Shown here piece by piece: positions 38,949 to 48,768 of a DNA stretch of 64,000 bases. The position numbers were made by a program, and so were the translations under genes. Within the stretch, counting starts at the first letter, position 1. Each line of letters starts with the position of its first letter. This DNA comes from Polyangiaceae bacterium (GTDB lineage: Bacteria; Myxococcota_A; Polyangia; Polyangiales; Polyangiaceae): contig JBNKBE010000026.1 of assembly GCA_050287085.1 (NCBI GenBank), positions 18,394-82,393 of the forward strand, given 5' to 3'. The notes under the pieces are model-generated. The model did not search any database, had not been told where the DNA came from, and saw only the letters and a list, made by a program, of their open reading frames with translations.

Positions 38949-40526
38949 TCAGTCCGCCCGACCCGACAAGGTTGCATGGGCGTCGACGAATGTTTCCTCA
39001 ACGGTTTCAACCTGGACCAAGTCGCCAGCGAATCGAAAGGTCATGGTACCAGCGTCGATACGGTCGATGGTATCAAACGCCACGCTGAACGTACCTTCGT
39101 CCACCCAGTGTCCCGATAGTGCAACGTTGACGTCGTGGTAGCGTTCCATCTCGGCCATCCGAACGCCATGCGTTACGCGAGGGACTCCGTCCAATCCCAC
39201 CATGAGCTTTTGCGTCGATCCTGCCAGCGTCAGCGTCAAGGTTGCTTGGTCCATGCCGAACGCGATCGCAAGGCGCATCCAACCGAGGGTGTTGGTATCG
39301 ATGGCGTAACTTCGACCGGAGACAAGACGGGCGGTATCTGGCATCGGTTCGGGAGCGCGGGGTGTTGGCGCCCGCTGCGCCGCGGCAATGGCTCGTTGCA
39401 GATGTGCGACCGCGGGCATGTTTTCCGGGAGTGCCTCCTCTGAGTGAATGGCCGGCAGCAACTGGTCGTGCAAGAGAGCCACGTACTCTGGGATTTGTCG
39501 TGGTCTCGCTCCGCCCAACGTGACGACAATCAAGTCTGCGGCGGGGTGCACGAACAAGAACTGCCCGCCGCGGCCGGAGGCGTAAAAAGCGCCGTCGTTG
39601 GTGGTCCACCATTGGTAGCCATAGCCATCGCGGTCCGGTCCCTGCAAGCCGCTGTGATCTTCGAGCGCACTCTTCAGCCACGCTTCGTTCAGAATGCGAA
39701 CCCCATCCCACTCGCCGTCGTGCAAGTACAAGAAGCCGATCCGCGCTAGGTCCTCGGCGTGCATGCGCAGGTCACCATAACCGATTGAGAGGCCTCGAGG
39801 GTCTTTGGGCCAAAGCACTTTGCCAATCCCGATCGGCTTGAACACGCTTTCGGTGAGTAGCGCTTCGGCGGTTGCGCCAGTCGAAGCGGTCACCACACCC
39901 GACAACAGGTGTGACACCGGGCTACAGTACTTCCATTCAGCGCCAGGTGAACCTTCCATGGGTAGGGCAAGTGTGAACACATTCCAGTTCTCCGAACGCT
40001 GCATCAGCAAGAGTGTTTGCTCCGTAGGGCTTGCCTCGCACGCGAGACCAGTCTTCATGGTCAGCGCGTGTTCTAAGGTCATTGCACGCTTTCTCGCGTC
40101 GGCGTCCTTCGGCGTCTCGCCGGGAAAGAACCCGAGCAGCGGGTCGGTCATGCTCGCGATTCGGTCCTCGCTGTAGGCTCGTCCTACCGCTGTGGAGACT
40201 ATCGACTTGGTACACGAGGCAACGTCGTGAGGGGCGTTGCCGTCATGAGGAAAAAACGGCGTGTCGAGCACGACGTATCCGTGTCGCACCACGAAGAGGT
40301 GATGAATGCCAATGTCACGCTCGCGCGCCGCGTCGACCAAGCGTGCCAGCTGCGCAGAGTCCATTCCCCGAAGCTCGGGTGTCGAGAGTGACCACTTCTG
40401 GGTGGGCCAAGGGGTATCCCGTGGCAACGAGGCTGGCTGGCACGCCACGTGGCAGCAGCACGCGACAAAGACCGCGTTCGAGGTCAGCCAGCTGAAAAGA
40501 CTTCGCTCGGGGGCATGATTCCGCAT
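38949..40526 (-). CDS. Serine hydrolase, beta-lactamase class C-like
   Basis: SxxK (SCTK), LTMKTGL, PGAEWKYCS, LARIGFLYL..GEWDG, YGYQWW, GRGGQ. Confidence 0.9.
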   Translation of the reverse strand: MRNHAPERSLFSWLTSNAVFVACCCHVACQPASLPRDTPWPTQKWSLSTPELRGMDSAQLARLVDAARERDIGIHHLFVVRHGYVVLDTPFFPHDGNAPHDVASCTKSIVSTAVGRAYSEDRIASMTDPLLGFFPGETPKDADARKRAMTLEHALTMKTGLACEASPTEQTLLLMQRSENWNVFTLALPMEGSPGAEWKYCSPVSHLLSGVVTASTGATAEALLTESVFKPIGIGKVLWPKDPRGLSIGYGDLRMHAEDLARIGFLYLHDGEWDGVRILNEAWLKSALEDHSGLQGPDRDGYGYQWWTTNDGAFYASGRGGQFLFVHPAADLIVVTLGGARPRQIPEYVALLHDQLLPAIHSEEALPENMPAVAHLQRAIAAAQRAPTPRAPEPMPDTARLVSGRSYAIDTNTLGWMRLAIAFGMDQATLTLTLAGSTQKLMVGLDGVPRVTHGVRMAEMERYHDVNVALSGHWVDEGTFSVAFDTIDRIDAGTMTFRFAGDLVQVETVEETFVDAHATLSGRAD

Positions 40527-40662
40527 GCTTCGAGAATACGCAGCGACGTTGGGTTCGTCCTCGCGCTCCGCGCCGCTTCTCGTCCGTCTTGCGCCGCAGG
40601 TGTTGCGACAGAGGCGGTCTTCTGAAACATTATCGGCTCGAGGAGCGGCTCACCTGTCCCTA

Positions 40663-41793
40663 ATGAGCGATATCCAGGCGAACGGAGCGACCGAGCGCGG
40701 TGCTAACGCCTGGCGTTGGCCGCGCATTCGTTTGGCGACGGCGAGCATCTTCCTGTTGGTCTTCGGCGCCGTTGGGTTGGTGCAAGCCAGCGCCGTCCAC
40801 GCGGCACTGGCCGCCGAAGCCAGCGCCACGCCGTCATACGCGCCTTATGTTTGGCATCTCACCGGTGCCTTTGCCGCTTGGACTGCATTGCCGATAGTTC
40901 AGGGCGCCGTTCTCAACACCACCGCAGCCGGCCTGACATGGTCGCGTCGTTTTGCGTTGCACTCGTTCGGTTACTTGTCCTTCGTGACTGTCCACGTACT
41001 GGTCATGTTGGGACTGCGCTGGGGCGTGAGCTACGCGTGGAATATTTCCATTCCAGCACGTTCGTCGCTCGCGACGGTTCTCATCGAGGCGCAGAGTGAT
41101 GTGCCCATTTACGCCGGGCTTTCGGTATTGTGGACGCTCTTCGTCATTGCCGACAAACGTCGTCAAGTGCAAATACACGCCGCGTGGCTTGAAGCAAGGC
41201 TGGCGGAAGCGCGCCTGGAAGTCTTGTCTGGGCAGCTGAACCCTCATTTTCTCTTCAACGCCCTCAACACCGTCAGCGCGGTGATGTACGAAGACCAGCC
41301 GAAAGCTGACCGCCTCATCAGCGAACTCGCCGAGATGCTACGCGCCACGTTGGGAAGGGGCGGCGCGACGTGGCCACTGGCCGAAGAATGTAGCTATGCC
41401 CGACGCTACGTTTCGCTTCTCGAGGCGCGCTTCGAGGATCGCCTCGAAGTGACGTGGGATGTCGCACCTGAAGCCGACACGGTTGACGTGCCCCGGTTTG
41501 CGATTCAATGCCTGATCGAGAACGCTGCGAAGCACAATGCGGATCACCCCGCCCTCCTCGCCATTCACGTGCGCGTGAGCCTTGACCAACACGAATTGAG
41601 GATTGTCGTTGAAGACAGCGGCGTGGGGTTCGAGCCAGGCAAACAGACGTTGCCCCCCGGACACAGCCTTTCACGCCAAGAGGAGACGCTACGCATGTTG
41701 TACGGCGACAAGGCCAGTCTTGGCCGCTTTCCATCGGCGCACGGAGGTGCGCGAGTGGAGCTTGCCATTCCAGCGCGAGCTGTGAATCCATGA
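40663..41793 (+). CDS. LytS/YehU-type sensor histidine kinase
   Basis: TM helices, then QLNPHFLFNALN, LIENAAKH and VEDSGVG. Confidence 0.92.
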   Translation: MSDIQANGATERGANAWRWPRIRLATASIFLLVFGAVGLVQASAVHAALAAEASATPSYAPYVWHLTGAFAAWTALPIVQGAVLNTTAAGLTWSRRFALHSFGYLSFVTVHVLVMLGLRWGVSYAWNISIPARSSLATVLIEAQSDVPIYAGLSVLWTLFVIADKRRQVQIHAAWLEARLAEARLEVLSGQLNPHFLFNALNTVSAVMYEDQPKADRLISELAEMLRATLGRGGATWPLAEECSYARRYVSLLEARFEDRLEVTWDVAPEADTVDVPRFAIQCLIENAAKHNADHPALLAIHVRVSLDQHELRIVVEDSGVGFEPGKQTLPPGHSLSRQEETLRMLYGDKASLGRFPSAHGGARVELAIPARAVNP

Positions 41794-42563
41794 CCGGTCC
41801 GCGCTTACGAGTTGTGGTGGTCGACGATGAACGGCCGGCTCGGGCCAAGATTTTGCGCCTGCTCGAAGGGGACGATCGGTTTGAAGTGGTGGGCGAGTCC
41901 GCGGATGGGCTTTCAGCATTGCAAACCATCGAGGCGTTTCGCCCTGATGTCGTCTTTCTCGACGTTCAGATGCCCGGTCTCAACGGTTTTCAAGTGTTGG
42001 ATGCCCTTGCTGGGCATGGACGTTTCGCCGTCGTTTTTTCGACAGCGCACGACGAGCATGCGCTCCGTGCCTTTGATGTCCACGCCGTGGATTACTTGCT
42101 CAAACCGTACGACGCGCAGCGATTTGCTCATGCGCTTGACAAGGCCGTCGCACGTCTTTCCTTGCACGACAACCAAGGGCAGAGAGCCGTTGTCGACTTG
42201 CTGGGAAGCCAAATGGCAGCCACGCGCGAAAAACTCGTCGTGCGAAGCGCCTCGGGCTGGGTTGCGCTGAACTTCGAAGCGATACTTCGTGTCACGGCTG
42301 ACAACAAACACGTTTGGATTACTTGCGTGGGCGCTCGGCATCGCGTTCGCGCCAGACTCTCCGTCATCGAGGCCCGGCTCGACGCTGAGCGCTTCGTTCG
42401 TGTGCATCGCAGCGAAATCGTCAATGTTGGAGCTGTCGTGCGGTTTGAATCGTGGGAACATGGTGATGGCATGTTGACCTTGGATGACGGATCGTGTGTC
42501 GTGCTGACGCGCACGTTTCGTCAGGCCTTCGTCGAGCGCTACGGTCGCCCGCTGGGTGGTTGA
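41790..42563 (+). CDS. LytTR family response regulator
   Basis: VVDDE, FLDVQMP, AVDYLLKP; LytTR FVRVHRSEIVN. Confidence 0.94.
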   Translation: MTGPRLRVVVVDDERPARAKILRLLEGDDRFEVVGESADGLSALQTIEAFRPDVVFLDVQMPGLNGFQVLDALAGHGRFAVVFSTAHDEHALRAFDVHAVDYLLKPYDAQRFAHALDKAVARLSLHDNQGQRAVVDLLGSQMAATREKLVVRSASGWVALNFEAILRVTADNKHVWITCVGARHRVRARLSVIEARLDAERFVRVHRSEIVNVGAVVRFESWEHGDGMLTLDDGSCVVLTRTFRQAFVERYGRPLGG

Positions 42564-43129
42564 ACGAAACTCGACCCAGTTCGATGGACACCCCACGCGG
42601 AGGTTGTCCTCGGAAGGCGTTCACGGAACGGCGGCACGCTGTGGACGCCGCCGGGCGAATAGGGCAACTGTGGACCGACGGACGCCGACGGTCACTCGTG
42701 CTCGGCAGACGTGCACCCGAGCCCAAACGACCTCCAATGCGGGGCGTCAGACGGCCACCCGAGCTCGCGAGCTCCCCTTGCCGGGCGCTCGAGCGTCCGC
42801 ACCTTTCAGTCAAACGACACGGGTCCCGGGCTCGACCGGCGCTCACCCGGGCTCCAAGACGTGGGTGCCGGCGGGAAATCACATCGTTTGTGGCGCACCA
42901 GTATCGTTCGAGTCGTGCACCGATCGAGTTCGAGTAGCGCACCAGTATCGTTCGAGCCCGGGTTGTGACACTCCAGCGCGCTCGAGCTCTGAGACGATAC
43001 GCTTTGGAGCGCTAAGGCCCGCACGCGCGGGCCAAGCCCCGGGCCCTGGACGCAGCTCTGCGCTCCGGGGCCGACAAGACACTGTGCTGGCAAACCCGCT
43101 GGTCTCACGCGAGAGGCAGAGTCTCCCGC

Positions 43130-43828
43130 TTAGAACACTACGGTCGAACGTAGCATCAGCAGCCACGCCACGAGGTGAGAGTCGTCGAAGTTCGTCCCGT
43201 AGCGAATCGCCGGCAAGCTCACCTCCAGTAGCAGATCACCGGTTCGATACGCGAAGCCGATCACATCCACGGATCCAAGAAACAGTGCGGGCTGTGGAGC
43301 ATAGACGTGCTCGACGTTGAGCGCCGACACGCCTACGCCCAAACGCAACGGCCAGTACCAGTTGGCAGTCAGTGGTGCGTAGTACGCACCTGTGAATGAT
43401 GCACTGAGCACCGGCTTGGTGCTGAAGTACCGGCTCGACTTGATGAGTGGCCTCCACGTGGCTGGAGCCAGCTCAGCCCCAAACTGAAACTGGTCCACCC
43501 GCACTCCTCCGTGGAGCGACAGCAGTGTCGACATCCCCGTCGCCGCCGCGTCCGCATCCACTATCCACCAGGCCGCCGGTCCCGCTCCGGTGCTTGCCCC
43601 GAAGAAACCACCGACTCCGCTCAGCGTCGCGCCGCTCTGGATGCGGCCGCCATTTGCACCCGGCTCCGCCGCATCGGGTATTGGCTCCGCCGCGACCGCA
43701 TTGACGAAGAGCACGGCGCTCACCAAGACCGCAGTTCCAATCCTCCAACGACCCACCCCCGTTGGGTTGGGCTCCGCGAACCATCGCGCCGCTGCCTCCT
43801 CACGTCGGGCGAAATCTCTGCAATTCAC
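43130..43828 (-). CDS. Probable small outer-membrane beta-barrel protein
   Basis: GTGA overlap with the upstream stop; signal ending AVAAEP; amphipathic strands; terminal Phe. Confidence 0.55.
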   Translation of the reverse strand: MNCRDFARREEAAARWFAEPNPTGVGRWRIGTAVLVSAVLFVNAVAAEPIPDAAEPGANGGRIQSGATLSGVGGFFGASTGAGPAAWWIVDADAAATGMSTLLSLHGGVRVDQFQFGAELAPATWRPLIKSSRYFSTKPVLSASFTGAYYAPLTANWYWPLRLGVGVSALNVEHVYAPQPALFLGSVDVIGFAYRTGDLLLEVSLPAIRYGTNFDDSHLVAWLLMLRSTVVF

Positions 43829-45183
43829 GGCTGCACCTCGTTCGTCAAAGCAGCTTCCAATGCTGGATCTCGGTCGGCGAAGAAGTCCGTAGACTTCAAG
43901 CCCACCCATGCGTCGGGCTCGTGCCAAAGTCGGGTGTCGTTCGGTCCCGCCGTTTCCCAGAAGCGTGTTGCCACCTCGACCTCCACACATGACCGTGGCA
44001 ACACGACTACTTCCGCGTCACCGAAGGCATTGGGGCTACTACCAGTAGGTTCACCGACAAAGCGCGCGTGCGTTCGGTTTTCCAGCTCCGTGACGAAGTC
44101 GCCGGCGGCGGAGTAAGTAACCCGCCCCATCAGCACCCACAGCCGGCCAGGCTGATTGAAACGGCTGTGTTCCAACAGGCTCAGCAGATCACCGTATGTT
44201 TGGTTGTTTCCTCCGCCGTTGTGACGTAGGTCGACAATCAGCCGTTCCGCCGCGGACGCGTCCAGCGCGCGCCCGAGACGCTCGACAAACGCCCACATGG
44301 GCTCCCACGGCTCATTGAGCTTCTGGACGCTGTTGTACTGAAAGTACATTGCCCGCCGGGATTCGAGCTCGGTGAACCAGAAGTGGTGTGAAAGATGCCG
44401 CTGCAGCGATAGCACCCGCCGCCGGACGGGAAGCTTCGCCGGTTTGGGAAAGAGGCGATGATACTCCGACACCGACAGCCCTTCCAGCTGATGTGTTGCA
44501 AGCGCGCCATCAGATCCCCGCGTGACCACGCGCACAGGCTCCCCCGCCTCGGCCACGCCCAACGCTGCAAGCACCTCAACCATCATGGCATAGAGCGGCA
44601 TGTAGCGTTCTTGACCGTACTGATTGTCCTGTACGAACACCAGCGGCCGAACCAGCTCGAGCACCTTGTCAATACTCAGGCCCCCAATCTGCACTAGTTC
44701 GCGCCCCACCAGCGTGGCCTCATCCGCATCCACGATGAACACCCCGTCATCGAAGAGGTACACGTGCAGCGGTAGCATGTGTACCTCCAACGCTGACTGA
44801 AAGGGCCATAGCCCAGTGTGACCGTCACGGCCATCGCGACCGGGAAGGGAGGCCAAACGCATCAGCTCGACGAGTATCCCCTCCGTTCTCAGCTCGGGCA
44901 GGCGCGCCTGGAGTTTGTCGACCGCGCTAGCAAGCTCGGAACGTGTCACCGAATGATGAAGGTCTGGATGGACGCGCCGCATAGCCGCCAACATGTCGTC
45001 GATCTCCGCGCGCCATTGTTCCGCTGACAAGTCTTCTATCCGCTGCCCCGAGCAGACATCCTCCGAACAACCTAGGAGAAGCGAACCGACAATCGCCAAC
45101 GCCCGGCTCCAACTACTCCCGAGTCGGGATAGTCGGACGCGCGAAGTCGGCGTTGTCGTGGGTCGCTCGAAGATGCTCGACAT
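43825..45183 (-). CDS. S41-family peptidase-like lipoprotein
   Basis: Lipobox LLGC; DGHT; PDZ-like segment; LIVDLRHNGGGN, TYSAA and FVGEPTG. Confidence 0.85.
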   Translation of the reverse strand: MSSIFERPTTTPTSRVRLSRLGSSWSRALAIVGSLLLGCSEDVCSGQRIEDLSAEQWRAEIDDMLAAMRRVHPDLHHSVTRSELASAVDKLQARLPELRTEGILVELMRLASLPGRDGRDGHTGLWPFQSALEVHMLPLHVYLFDDGVFIVDADEATLVGRELVQIGGLSIDKVLELVRPLVFVQDNQYGQERYMPLYAMMVEVLAALGVAEAGEPVRVVTRGSDGALATHQLEGLSVSEYHRLFPKPAKLPVRRRVLSLQRHLSHHFWFTELESRRAMYFQYNSVQKLNEPWEPMWAFVERLGRALDASAAERLIVDLRHNGGGNNQTYGDLLSLLEHSRFNQPGRLWVLMGRVTYSAAGDFVTELENRTHARFVGEPTGSSPNAFGDAEVVVLPRSCVEVEVATRFWETAGPNDTRLWHEPDAWVGLKSTDFFADRDPALEAALTNEVQP

Positions 45184-45411
45184 AGAGGACGAGCATAGTG
45201 GTTGGCTCGACAGTCCGCGCAAGAAAACAAGCTGACCTGCGAGCGCTCGCCCAGCAGGACGGGGGGCTTCGCGGAGGTGGCTCCGGTAGAAACTCCGTGT
45301 TTGGTCAGGAGCTCGGCGATGTCTGGCGGGGCGCGGGCACGCTGGGCGCAGCCTTCGGCCCGCCACATTCTTGGCAAGTCTCCACCTCGGCACGGAAGGC
45401 ATGGCGCCGGG

Positions 45412-46749
45412 TCATTGCGTCGAGGGCACCGGGGGCACCAGGGGTTCTGTAGAGCCAGTGACCCGAGGCTCGTCTTTGCCTGGCAGCGCCCCGCGCACCT
45501 TCTCCCATAGCGCGTTGGGGGAGGCGGCGCTTTTAACTTCGTCGCCGAGTCGCGTCGTCGCGGTGATGAACCCGCGGACGGTTCGCACGAGTTCCGTTTC
45601 CTTGAGCTCGTCGAAAACGCCGGACTCGTCGAGGTGCCGCACCACGATCTTGCCCAAGTAGAAGAGGAACCAGCCCTTGCCGAGCTTCTTCGCGAACACG
45701 TTGGGATCGTCGGACAGCTTGTCGCGAAGCGCCACGAGATCGGTCTTGGTATCGGCAGCGGTTCCGGGCCAATCGATGGCCACCTGGAGGTACTCCTTGC
45801 CTTTGGCTTGGTCCCCGCGGTGCACCGCAACGTAGGCGCGCAAGAGCGCCGTTTGCTCGCCCGGAATGCCCGCCTCTTCCAGTGCTTGTAGCGTGCGGTC
45901 CAGTTCTTCGACCGCGTTGTCCGGCTCCTCACGAACGAGGTAGCAATGCGCGCTCACGCCGTGTGTGAGGGCACGCAAGGCGCCGTAGGCTTCCTTGACC
46001 TCGGTCTCGTCCAAGTTTGGCCGGGCACCGCTTAGCTGAATCACGGCGGCAAGCTGCTCGATGCTCGCCTGCTCGGCCTCGATCCCTCGTCCTTGCGCCG
46101 CCGACAGATCGCACAACTCGTTGGTCCCGAACACTAGCGCTCTTTCGGCGCGGATGAAGCTCTGCAGACCTGGCATCAGTGATTCGGGTTCCGTCATCCA
46201 TGCTTCGTACAGCAAGATCTCCGCGGGCACTGGAACGGGTATCCGAGGATGAAACTTGAGGGCGAAGAGCCCTGTCAGCAGGATGGCATGCTCCAGATTG
46301 AGATTGAAGGCGTCCGCGAGCTCAGCGTTCGGATTGAACAGCAGCGGAAGGACCGGTTTCATCCCCTTTTCGTCACCCGATCGAAGCAGCTCCTCACCCT
46401 CTTTCTTCAAGGCGTAGAGCGATTTGGCCAAGACGAACAGATCCGTAGGGCTGATGTCGGGAGCCGGTTGCTCCTCTGTGGTCGCTGGGGAATCGCCGTC
46501 AGCCTCGCCACGAAGTGCGCGCAGCGCGCTCGTTATCGCGGTCATCGCTGCCTTGGCGTCCTCGGATTGGTCAGCCTTGAGAACCGCGATCTTGCCCGCC
46601 AGGTACAGGTGCACCTGGGCCGCGTCGATGCGCTCGCGCAAGATCTCCTCGTCGCTGGTCTTGCTGCACTTGCATCCCGCGACGCACAACCCGAGAGCGA
46701 ATACCGCTGCCTTCAGCCAACCCCCCGGTTCTAGTCGACGTCCCGACAT
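45412..46749 (-). CDS. Helical/TPR-like lipoprotein, hypothetical
   Basis: Lipobox VAGC; long helical ORF with GC3-biased codons. Confidence 0.7.
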   Translation of the reverse strand: MSGRRLEPGGWLKAAVFALGLCVAGCKCSKTSDEEILRERIDAAQVHLYLAGKIAVLKADQSEDAKAAMTAITSALRALRGEADGDSPATTEEQPAPDISPTDLFVLAKSLYALKKEGEELLRSGDEKGMKPVLPLLFNPNAELADAFNLNLEHAILLTGLFALKFHPRIPVPVPAEILLYEAWMTEPESLMPGLQSFIRAERALVFGTNELCDLSAAQGRGIEAEQASIEQLAAVIQLSGARPNLDETEVKEAYGALRALTHGVSAHCYLVREEPDNAVEELDRTLQALEEAGIPGEQTALLRAYVAVHRGDQAKGKEYLQVAIDWPGTAADTKTDLVALRDKLSDDPNVFAKKLGKGWFLFYLGKIVVRHLDESGVFDELKETELVRTVRGFITATTRLGDEVKSAASPNALWEKVRGALPGKDEPRVTGSTEPLVPPVPSTQ

Positions 46750-47149
46750 TTGATCTTCAAACCCCTTTCCTGCGACGCTAGCCACGCTACTGCGGTGGCG
46801 CCGCAACCGATTCTCTTGCTGATGGTTAGTGCCTCTGAACACGCTGCCCAGAACTGTATCGACGCACAGCCTCTGGCGCTACCCATGGCGATCGATCGGC
46901 CTTGTCGGCGGGTCGGCTTCGACGCCGCGCCTCCATCGCGGCCGCGCGGCCTGGGACGGTTCGGGAAAAGGCGTCCTCGATGTCGCGACATTCTGGGGCG
47001 CGTGACGTACTGGTTTACTTGTCACCAGTCGACATCTCGATGGCGGTGAACGCTGCCGTGATTGAGCTCTGCGTGGACGGCGAACAAGGGGACATGGGGT
47101 GAGGCGAAGGGACGAACGAACCGCGCCATCGGCCGTCAGGGTGAGGGAC

Positions 47150-47968
47150 TTACTGAACCTCGAATTCCAACGTCAACCCTTCCAGCTCAAGGTCGGGGCA
47201 GTCGCACTCCGTCGTATCGCCGCTGGAAGTCGCCGGCTCGAGGTGAAGATACAGCCTTGCTCCTACGGGAGCATCCTTGGACAACATCAGTTCGAGCCTG
47301 TGCGTGTGGCTGCTCCCACCCTTCAGGCCGAATATCTCCCAGCTGCTCCAGGGAGCGGAAGCGAAGGCGGAGCTGGCGCTATCGAAGACTGCGACGATGC
47401 CCGGCGAGATGTAAGCCGTGTTGCGGGGGGCGGCCACCAGATCCACGTGCAAGGTTGCCGTGTCGCCCGGGTTCCACTCGCCGTCAGCGTCTGTGACTAG
47501 GGATGGGTTGGAGAGGGAGAGGCCGGCCAGATCGCTGCAAGCGCGCTCAGGGTCGACGAACTCGACGCCGGCACAGTCTTCGCTCGGCGGACGCTCGAAA
47601 CGCGGTCGGCCCGCGTCTGGCCGAGGGCGCTGCACGCCAGCGTCACCTTGGTCGTCAGACGGCGGGTGCCCGGTCCCTTCATCGTCATCGGTCGGCTGAC
47701 GGTCGGTCGTCGCGGGATCAGCAACGCTGGCATCACGCTGCGAACCATCCGCGTTCGCCGTCGCTCCTGACGTCCGGTCGTCCGTGGCGCCGGCGTCACG
47801 TCCGTCCGATCCAGCCCCCACCGGACCCGCGACTGTACGGTCAAGCTCGTCCGTCGGATGCGTGGTTTCAGATTCTGAATCCGTTGTCTGCGAACGGGTC
47901 GCCACGTTGTCACGGCTACCGGAAGTGCACGCCCATGCCATCAGGCACAGAACTCCCACGCGTGTCAT
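47150..47968 (-). CDS. Hypothetical lipoprotein with disordered linker and Ig-like C-domain
   Basis: MTRVGVLCLMAWAC; D/T-rich linker; DADGEWNPGDTATLHV motif. Confidence 0.6.
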   Translation of the reverse strand: MTRVGVLCLMAWACTSGSRDNVATRSQTTDSESETTHPTDELDRTVAGPVGAGSDGRDAGATDDRTSGATANADGSQRDASVADPATTDRQPTDDDEGTGHPPSDDQGDAGVQRPRPDAGRPRFERPPSEDCAGVEFVDPERACSDLAGLSLSNPSLVTDADGEWNPGDTATLHVDLVAAPRNTAYISPGIVAVFDSASSAFASAPWSSWEIFGLKGGSSHTHRLELMLSKDAPVGARLYLHLEPATSSGDTTECDCPDLELEGLTLEFEVQ

Positions 47969-48385
47969 TCCTCCGACCATGACAATCAGCTTACCAGAGG
48001 GTCGGCTGTCGGGCGACCAGGATCTTCGGCCATCGAGGCTTCCCGTTGGACTGCCCCGAGCCTCGGCTCGGCATCCCGCAGCGTTCAGTCGCCCGAACGG
48101 CGTCAGTAGATGCGAAGCCTCGGTTCTCTCAAAGGCGGCGCTTGGCGACCAGTGGCTGGCCGAAGGCGGTCCTGGTCGCGTAGCGTCCGCTCGGCGCGGA
48201 GTCGCGCAGGGCAGACAACGTAGGGCGGCTCCTGCTAGGCGCACCGCCAATCCGACGCGGAGGCGTGGTGTGTATTCTCGGAACGGTGTCTCATGGCCGG
48301 AAGGCCCCCACCAGCGTCGTATCGCGCCTGCGGGGCTCCTAGCCTGCGAGTTCCCAAAGTCGGCGTCGAACGCTGAGTTCTCTTA

Positions 48386-48660
48386 TTGCCGCGAGTAGTG
48401 TACGATCGTCAGGGGGCGTTGTCCAAGCTGGCGGTGCGGAGCGACGCTCTTCTGCTGCGTCGCATCTTGCAGAATCTGGTGGCCAACGCCGTGCGCTATA
48501 CGCCCGAGGGCGGAGTGGCGGTGGGTGTCCAGGCGGACGGGGACATCGCGCGCGTTTTCGTTCACGACACAGGGATGGGCATTCCCGCCGCGGCGAGGAC
48601 GTCATCTTCGAAGACTTCGTGCGGCTTGACGAGGGCAAGCGGCGGGGCCTGGCCTCACGC
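48386..48660 (+). pseudogene. Histidine kinase HATPase_c fragment
   Basis: SDALLLRRILQNLVANAVRYT...VHDTGMGIP, then frameshift to IFEDFVRL. No HisKA or sensor part. Confidence 0.8.
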
Positions 48661-48768
48661 TCATGCATGACACGAGGTTGTTTGGGGTTTCATTGGCTGT
48701 GGGGGCCGTCGTTCTCTCTCAGCCATTCCACGTTCCGCTGGCGTGTCGTGCCTGAGCCGCCCGCCCTT

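Noticed and set aside
40551..40590. LytTR binding direct repeats (TCGTCC x2)
   Set aside because: The match is short and the 25-bp spacing is atypical, so it cannot be supported.
42893..42956. 20-bp direct repeat GCGCACCAGTATCGTTCGAG x2 with a 24-bp spacer, as a mini-CRISPR
   Set aside because: Only two short copies, and no cas genes.
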